DNA of 64,000 nucleotides. It comes from Turneriella sp. GTDB lineage: Bacteria > Spirochaetota > Leptospiria > Turneriellales > Turneriellaceae. A program made the position numbers and the translations under genes. The stretch is taken from NCBI GenBank assembly GCA_965279515.1, contig CBDIID010000003.1, positions 3,936,001 through 4,000,000 of the forward strand, in the 5' to 3' direction. This document shows, one piece after another, positions 58,340 to 64,000 of this stretch. The first letter of the stretch is position 1, and the number at the start of each line of letters is the position of its first letter. The notes below the pieces were generated by a model. That model was not told where the DNA came from. It did not search any database and saw only the letters and a list, made by a program, of their open reading frames with translations.

Positions 58340-59833
58340 GTGAAAAGTTTCATTTGCTTTTTAATGCCCGCCTGCATGCTCGTAGTTGCGCAAGCCTGCG
58401 CGCCAAAACCTTCGTCAGAAGGTATTAATTTATCCAAGACGCGGGCGAGCCTTATGCTAACCGACGGATCGGCGATTTCATCGGATGAATATGATGATGT
58501 GAACCCCGTTTTAATTCGGTTGCCCGACGAGTCGCTGGTCTTGGTATTTGAGTCAAATCGCCCCTGCGCTGAGGGTTGTGACGGATCTTACAACCTTTTT
58601 GTCGCTGTATCCGAAGAGCCTTATTACGGCTATTACATTCCCGCATTTTATGAGCCGGTTGTCGTGAACTCATCAGCCTCGGCGCATAACATATCTGCTT
58701 CGCGGTTCAATTTTCAAGCGACGTATTCGCAAGGATCGATTACTATGCTTCTGCAAGATGGTTCTCAGATTAAGTATTTATCGTTGCCCGAACCAGCGAT
58801 TACAATCGGAGATACAACAACGCCTCCAATGCCAATCCCCAATGCCAATCGTTATAACGATACGCTGGTACATCTGGATTCGCGTACTTTCCAGATGATT
58901 TCGCGCGATAGTGCAGGTGATCTTTATTTTTCCCGCATCGGCGATCCTCTTGATTCCGGCACGCAGATTTTTAATGACGAACTGGAGTCTACGAATAATG
59001 CTGCGCGTATTGTGCCCGCAATCAGCGGGTTCACCGATGCAATCATTTACGAATATGATGGTTATCTTGCGTTCGGATGGCACGATTATATCGGTGATTA
59101 CATGGATTCTTTCAATGACGCGCTGGATCGGGAAAATCTCGAGCTGAGTTATGTGTCGGTCCTGCACATGTATCTTTCCGAAACGGAGCTCCTGCTATTT
59201 TCGGCGGGAGAGCCAGGGCAACAGCATGATCTCTATGCGGTAGATAGCCATACGCTGGATGAGTTGTGGTTTCAGGACGCTGCCTTAGGGTATGAATATT
59301 TTTATTCGGACAATTTCAGCATCTATGTCTCCAGTCCGCTTTCAAGTGGCAATTTAGCGAGTCTTGGTGGTGGAGCCAACGGAATCGAAGGGGCGGATAA
59401 TATCTGTAATGTGGATACGGGACAACCGGATATCAATGTTTATTATAAAGCGATGCTGGTGGATAACGCTGCGAACAGAGTGGCGACCATTACCGGACCG
59501 GCAGATGGTGACGGGCAAGAAGATTGGGTGTTGTTTCCGTTTGTCAGTTATTTCCCTGGGGGGGGCGGGCCTTTAATAGGCACTGCAGACTCCGTGGGGT
59601 TGCTAACCAGTATGAGTGGTGCCGTAACCCCGTTACCAATTAACGCTTACACGGGATTTGCCAGCGCAACAGATTGGAGCGCCGACGCGACGAACCATTG
59701 CGGAGATTGGGCATCTACTGGTGGCAATGGCGCAGCTGGCATTTCGGATAATCCTTCGACAATTCTGGGTGGCACGACTCAGCCTTGCAATGCTCCCGCC
59801 GGTACAGGGCTTTACTGCGTCGAGCAGCCCTGA
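58340..59833 (+). CDS. Acidic lipoprotein with C-terminal endostatin-like (DUF1554) domain
   Basis: GTG 58340 gives a signal peptide ending VAQAC. C-terminal GIEGADNIC, YKAMLVD, DWVL, HCGDW and LYCVEQP. Confidence 0.78.
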   Translation: MKSFICFLMPACMLVVAQACAPKPSSEGINLSKTRASLMLTDGSAISSDEYDDVNPVLIRLPDESLVLVFESNRPCAEGCDGSYNLFVAVSEEPYYGYYIPAFYEPVVVNSSASAHNISASRFNFQATYSQGSITMLLQDGSQIKYLSLPEPAITIGDTTTPPMPIPNANRYNDTLVHLDSRTFQMISRDSAGDLYFSRIGDPLDSGTQIFNDELESTNNAARIVPAISGFTDAIIYEYDGYLAFGWHDYIGDYMDSFNDALDRENLELSYVSVLHMYLSETELLLFSAGEPGQQHDLYAVDSHTLDELWFQDAALGYEYFYSDNFSIYVSSPLSSGNLASLGGGANGIEGADNICNVDTGQPDINVYYKAMLVDNAANRVATITGPADGDGQEDWVLFPFVSYFPGGGGPLIGTADSVGLLTSMSGAVTPLPINAYTGFASATDWSADATNHCGDWASTGGNGAAGISDNPSTILGGTTQPCNAPAGTGLYCVEQP

Positions 59834-59879
59834 CCGGCCATCCCGATTGACGCCCTGTCTCTAAAGCCCGTTCTACCCC

Positions 59880-60326
59880 ATGGCAGACATTATTTCGACC
59901 ATTCTTACGGTCCTTTTGATCATAGTATCTATCCTCATGATCATCATCATTCTCCTGCAATCCAGCCGCTCAGCCGGCGGCATGTTCGGCTCGGGCGCGC
60001 AAACCGCCTTTGGAGCCGGCTCTGCTGATGCCCTGACGAAGATTACTGGCGGTTTTGCTGCAGCTTTTCTCCTTATTTGCTTTGGCCTCGCGGCGCTGAA
60101 GTCATCGACCCGCGCCACAGCAGCCGCGGCTGAGCAGCTCGGTAAAGAGCTCGCTCCTGTAACTGCACCAGCAGCTGCCCCAGGCACAGCGCCTGCCGCA
60201 GGGGTTAATCCTGCTGCAGCAAAACCCGGTGCAGCGCCCGCAGTAGCACCTGCCGCCGCGCAGAATGCTAAGCCCGCCGCAACGGCACCAGTGGCTCCGG
60301 CCGCCGCACCTGCAAAACCGAAATAA
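59880..60326 (+). CDS. secG: Preprotein translocase subunit SecG with Ala/Pro-rich tail
   Basis: ILLQ, GGMFGSG and DALTKIT, with two TM segments. Confidence 0.88.
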   Translation: MADIISTILTVLLIIVSILMIIIILLQSSRSAGGMFGSGAQTAFGAGSADALTKITGGFAAAFLLICFGLAALKSSTRATAAAAEQLGKELAPVTAPAAAPGTAPAAGVNPAAAKPGAAPAVAPAAAQNAKPAATAPVAPAAAPAKPK

Positions 60327-60354
60327 TAAGCTAAAAAAAATCAAGAGGCCTCTC

Positions 60355-61311
60355 ATGGATCGTAACCTTGCGTTAGAATTCGTCCGCGTGACCGAAGCAG
60401 CTGCTCTCGCCGCTGCACGGCAGATGGGTAAGGGTGATGAGAAGATCGCCGATCAGGCTGCCGTCGATGCGATGCGCAAGGCGTTTGACTCGGTTATGGT
60501 TTCGGGTAAAATTGTCATCGGAGAAGGCGAGCGCGACGAAGCGCCGATGCTCTATATCGGCGAAGAAGTCGGTGCCGGCGGAACTCCGGTCGACATAGCT
60601 CTCGACCCGCTCGAAGGTACAACGATTACCGCAAAAGGCGGCTATAATGCCACGACGGTGATCGCGGTCGCCGACAAAGGTTGTTTCCTGCACGCGCCCG
60701 ACACCTACATGAATAAATTGGCAGTCGGCCCGAAGGCACGCGGCACACTCGACATCAATGACCCGGTGCCGCTGACGCTGAAACGCCTCGCGCGCGCCCT
60801 GGATAAGTATATCGAAGATGTTACGGTCTGTATTCTCGACCGTCCCCGCCACGACCAATTGATCAAAGAAGTGCGCGAAGTCGGCTGCCGCATCAAGCTC
60901 ATCGGCGACGGCGACGTTTCAGGGGCCATTGCCACGTGCATGGACGATTCTCCGGTGGATATCCTTCTTGGTACCGGCGGCGCGCCCGAAGGCGTGCTTT
61001 CAGCCGCAGCTCTCAAGTGCATGGGCGGTGATTTCCAGGGCCAGCTCAAATTCCGTAACGACGATGAGCGCCAGCGCGCGATTAAAATGGGCATCTCGAA
61101 CCCCGATAAGACTTTTATGATGGAAGAGCTCGCCCAGGGCGACAATGTGCTGTTCTGCGCGACGGGCGTCACCGACGGCGAAATGCTGCGCGGTGTGCGT
61201 TTCAACACGATGGGCGCTGTGACTGAGTCGATTGTGATGCGCGCGAAATCGCGCACGATGCGCTGGATCAAGTCACAGCACCATTTCGACTACAAGCCGA
61301 AATATCTCTGA
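60355..61311 (+). CDS. glpX: Class II fructose-1,6-bisphosphatase
   Basis: RVTEAAALAA, IGEGERDEAPML, DPLEGT and GGAPEGV. Confidence 0.96.
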   Translation: MDRNLALEFVRVTEAAALAAARQMGKGDEKIADQAAVDAMRKAFDSVMVSGKIVIGEGERDEAPMLYIGEEVGAGGTPVDIALDPLEGTTITAKGGYNATTVIAVADKGCFLHAPDTYMNKLAVGPKARGTLDINDPVPLTLKRLARALDKYIEDVTVCILDRPRHDQLIKEVREVGCRIKLIGDGDVSGAIATCMDDSPVDILLGTGGAPEGVLSAAALKCMGGDFQGQLKFRNDDERQRAIKMGISNPDKTFMMEELAQGDNVLFCATGVTDGEMLRGVRFNTMGAVTESIVMRAKSRTMRWIKSQHHFDYKPKYL

Positions 61312-61319
61312 GGCCGTAG

Positions 61320-61805
61320 GTGCCGGAAGCTCCGGACCACAGCGCTGCCCGCGAAGAATTCACGAATATCCGTGTTAGCCGCGACCGCAGCAGCGGTGCG
61401 AGCCTCTGGTTTACCGGCCCCAAGCAGATTGTTAACGATAAGGTAATATCGTATTTTAAACAGCACCTGTTCCGCGACGCGAAGGGCATTTATATTTACC
61501 AAACCTTCCGGCAGTTTGCGGAAAAGGGTTATATTACCGTCGAAGGCCCGCTGCTCGAAGTTTTCCGGGTCGACGCCGAAAAAATCACCTTCGACAACCT
61601 CGACGAATTACCGACCGCTGAGGTGAGAGTCACATTAAACAGCGACGATGAAGCGCCCTATATCTATTACCCACGCCTGCAGTGTTATGCCACTGTGGCC
61701 GCTGGCGTAAGTCCGTTCTTCTCTGAGTTCTTAGCCGAACAGGGGGATGGATTTACATTCTGCGGAAAACCGGTGCTGGTGGAACAGATCTCCCGTTGGA
61801 GTTGA
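61320..61805 (+). CDS. Hypothetical protein
   Basis: 161-aa ORF right after glpX, with a GTG start. Confidence 0.6.
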   Translation: MPEAPDHSAAREEFTNIRVSRDRSSGASLWFTGPKQIVNDKVISYFKQHLFRDAKGIYIYQTFRQFAEKGYITVEGPLLEVFRVDAEKITFDNLDELPTAEVRVTLNSDDEAPYIYYPRLQCYATVAAGVSPFFSEFLAEQGDGFTFCGKPVLVEQISRWS

Positions 61806-61849
61806 AAGCTTAGTTTTCCGAAAGCGCTTTGTCTTTTTTAAAGAAAGGA

Positions 61850-61894
61850 TTGACACACTATTTAGTAATGCAAATGAGACTTATTCTCAGTTGC
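61850..61894 (+). promoter_or_regulatory. Promoter with Fur-box-like palindrome
   Basis: TTGACA at 61850. GCAAATGAGACT-T-ATTCTCAGTTGC (10/12 symmetric) lies upstream of the heme genes. Confidence 0.7.
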
Positions 61895-61904
61895 AGGTGG
61901 GTAT

Positions 61905-62447
61905 ATGGAAGCAGGTAAAATCGAAAAAATTCAATCCCAGATGGAGGGCCTTCTCGCATCGCGGGAGTCGCTGCTCCTGGCGAGCGTCAGCGCTGACGGC
62001 GTGCCGCATGCGAGCTATGCCCCGACGGTCGCAGGTGAGGGGGGTAAGTATTACATCCACATCAGCGAACTCGCCAAACATTTTCACAATCTTTCGGCGA
62101 ATGGCAAGGTTTCGGCGCTGCTCATCGAAGACGAAAAAGACGCCGCCAATATCTTTGCCCGTAAGCGCCTGACGCTCGAAGGCAAGGCTGTCCAGGTCGA
62201 TAAGGCGAGCCCGCTTTGGACTGATGTGATGAGCCGTTTCACGCAGAAGTTCGGGGCCTTCTTCGAAGAATCGCTGCGCAACCTCAATGACTTTCATACC
62301 TTTGAGCTCAGCTTTGACAATGGCACTCTGGTGCTGGGTTTTGGCGCGGCTTTCAGGCTGACGGGTGAAGAGCTGGGCAAGATTGATTGGCTCAGGGGCG
62401 CTCACGGCAGCGAAGGCACCGGTCTCGCGCATGTCGAAGCGAAATGA
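61905..62447 (+). CDS. hutZ: HutZ/HugZ-family heme utilization protein
   Basis: PHASYAP, ISELAKH, IEDE...NIFARKRL, GFGAAF and a C-terminal His. Confidence 0.82.
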   Translation: MEAGKIEKIQSQMEGLLASRESLLLASVSADGVPHASYAPTVAGEGGKYYIHISELAKHFHNLSANGKVSALLIEDEKDAANIFARKRLTLEGKAVQVDKASPLWTDVMSRFTQKFGAFFEESLRNLNDFHTFELSFDNGTLVLGFGAAFRLTGEELGKIDWLRGAHGSEGTGLAHVEAK

Positions 62448-62450
62448 CGC

Positions 62451-63254
62451 ATGACCGTTACGACAGATAAAACCGATCTCGCGGCGCGATTGGCCGGGCT
62501 TAAAGAAAAAAATCCGCATGCGTATCCGCGCGACTATGCAGCGCAGCTGGGCATCAGCGAAGCGGAGCTGACACCGGTATTTTACCCGGGCAGGGCGCAA
62601 GAGTTGCCCTCGCTCGCTGCCGTCCTGGAAAGCCTCGCGAAGCTTACGCGCGTCAAGCTCATGGCGCGCACGGGTTTTGCCGTCTTTGAACTTTTTACTC
62701 AGGTGGATTTCCTCAGTGAAGGTTCTGCGTTCGTGCTCAGGAGCGCCACGTGCTTCATAGCCCTCAATGCCGTCGAACTCGGCAGCATTTATTTTCTCTC
62801 ACCGCCCTCGGAAAAAGAGAAGGCCGCGGTGCTGATTTTCGATAAGGCCGGCGCGGCAGCGCTCAAGATCTATATCGAAGCGCATGAATTCGATACCGCG
62901 CTGCTCAACGCCGAAGCCGATGTCGTGCCGGGTCAAAGTGCAGATATCCGTGCTTTGCTTGAAAAGCACCGTACACTGCCTGCTGCTGCAGCCACTGAAA
63001 CAACCCCGCGTCTCTTGATTGAAGCCGCGGCGGGAAAAGACCGGGTCGCCTTCGAACTTGTGACGCCGGCGATTGCCGTATCGATGCAACATACGCCGGT
63101 GAAGGTTGTCGATGCCCGCGGCTGGTTCAATATTCTCGACGAAGATTTTAACCTGCACCTGAAAGAAGACGCCATCACGCGTGTCACTGCGGGAAAAACA
63201 CTGCATCTCGAAAGCGCTTCGGGAGAAGCGATTGATCTCTGGAGGATCTCATGA
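62451..63254 (+). CDS. HemS/HmuS-family protein (short, divergent)
   Basis: PRDYAAQLGISEAEL and WFNILDEDFNLHLKEDAI. Confidence 0.72.
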   Translation: MTVTTDKTDLAARLAGLKEKNPHAYPRDYAAQLGISEAELTPVFYPGRAQELPSLAAVLESLAKLTRVKLMARTGFAVFELFTQVDFLSEGSAFVLRSATCFIALNAVELGSIYFLSPPSEKEKAAVLIFDKAGAAALKIYIEAHEFDTALLNAEADVVPGQSADIRALLEKHRTLPAAAATETTPRLLIEAAAGKDRVAFELVTPAIAVSMQHTPVKVVDARGWFNILDEDFNLHLKEDAITRVTAGKTLHLESASGEAIDLWRIS

Positions 63255-64000
63255 AGAAAATATTCTTAATTCTCGGGGCACTATTCACCCTGTCACTCGC
63301 AGCAGAGCCGGCTCGGCTCGTGACTGTAGGCGCCATGGCGAGTGAACTTGTCGCCGATCTCGGCCATGCCTCCGAAATCGTCGCCGTCGACATCACGTCT
63401 GTCTATCCGCGCGAGCTTCTGCAAAAACCGAAAGTCGGCTATGTCTCGAAGCTGAGTGCCGAAGGCATTCTCTCGATGAAGCCCACGGCAGTCATCTATG
63501 TCGACGGCGCCGGCCCGGCCCAGGTACTGCAACAGCTCGAGCAAAGCGGCGTAAAGCTGCACAAGCTGAGCAAAGAACTGGGTACACCGGCGGCTTCTGA
63601 GCGTATTCTTGCGCTTGGCAAAATTCTGAACGAAGATGTAAAAGCCAAGTCCCTCGCGAAAAAGGTTCAGCTTTCTTTGACGGAGCTGGCAAAACAAAAA
63701 TCGGGGGCGAAGCGCCCTAAGGTGCTTTTTCTTTATGCTCGTGGTGCGCAGACGCTGTTGGCGATGGGCAAAAACACCACCGCCGACGAGTTTATCGCCC
63801 TTTCTGGCGCAGACAACGCTTTCAACGCCGATGGTTATAAACCCATCAACGCCGAAGCTGTCGCTGCATCGCAGGCCGATATTATTATGATTCCCGAAGG
63901 CAGCCTGCAGGGGCTCGGCGGCAAAGATTCGCTTAGGGGCATTCCGGGCATCGCCCAGATTCCCGCGGGCAAAAACCTTGCGGTAGTTACCCTCGACGAT
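63251..64000 (+). CDS. hmuT: Heme ABC transporter substrate-binding protein (partial)
   Basis: Manual translation from ATG 63251: signal peptide, VAVDITSVYP, VGY..KLSAEGILS and GYKPINAEA. Runs off the right edge. Confidence 0.82.
   Translation, partial: MKKIFLILGALFTLSLAAEPARLVTVGAMASELVADLGHASEIVAVDITSVYPRELLQKPKVGYVSKLSAEGILSMKPTAVIYVDGAGPAQVLQQLEQSGVKLHKLSKELGTPAASERILALGKILNEDVKAKSLAKKVQLSLTELAKQKSGAKRPKVLFLYARGAQTLLAMGKNTTADEFIALSGADNAFNADGYKPINAEAVAASQADIIMIPEGSLQGLGGKDSLRGIPGIAQIPAGKNLAVVTLDD

Noticed and set aside
61887..62600. 237-aa minus-strand ORF
   Set aside because: Antisense to hutZ and the HemS-like gene, which carry clear family motifs.
1..64000. CRISPR array, IS/transposase, prophage, rRNA or tRNA
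   Set aside because: No regularly spaced repeats, mobile-element motifs or RNA-gene signatures were seen by eye.

Overview
Bacterial chromosome segment, most likely from a free-living Leptospiraceae spirochaete (Turneriella-like). This assignment is inferred from the spirochaete-type FlaB, the HAMP-SpoIIE and adenylate cyclase sensors, the endostatin-like/DUF1554 lipoproteins and ecm. 1-14.1 kb is a visibly AT-richer surface-polysaccharide locus: GT-C membrane protein, acyltransferase, DPM1-like GT2, GT4-GT4-GT2 polymerase-like protein, free coiled-coil protein, degenerate methyltransferase, two GT4s and ugd, with pckG embedded in it. The rest holds mixed housekeeping genes (rpmI-rplT, trpA, ecm, epmA, murI, lysC, purT, secG, glpX, flaB) and accessory modules: vapBC, a diiron/UndB-like desaturase/SRPBCC operon, a Zrg-like ABC system, an ArsR-rhodanese cassette, an ABC-TMD/HlyD fusion with TolC, a duplicated lipoprotein cassette with a NarL regulator, and the start of a Fur-boxed heme-uptake operon. 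Most notable observations: (1) the tandem lipoprotein cassettes share a near-identical structured leader, and a regulator remnant lies between them; (2) a sigma28/sigma70-driven small ORF has a multi-hairpin leader resembling the flaB leader; (3) the type I secretion-like fusion lacks an ATPase domain; (4) an UndB-like alkene-forming operon; (5) apparent pseudo-enzymes in the glycan locus. No rRNA, tRNA, CRISPR array or transposase was seen. All family calls come from motif recognition by eye, not from database searches.
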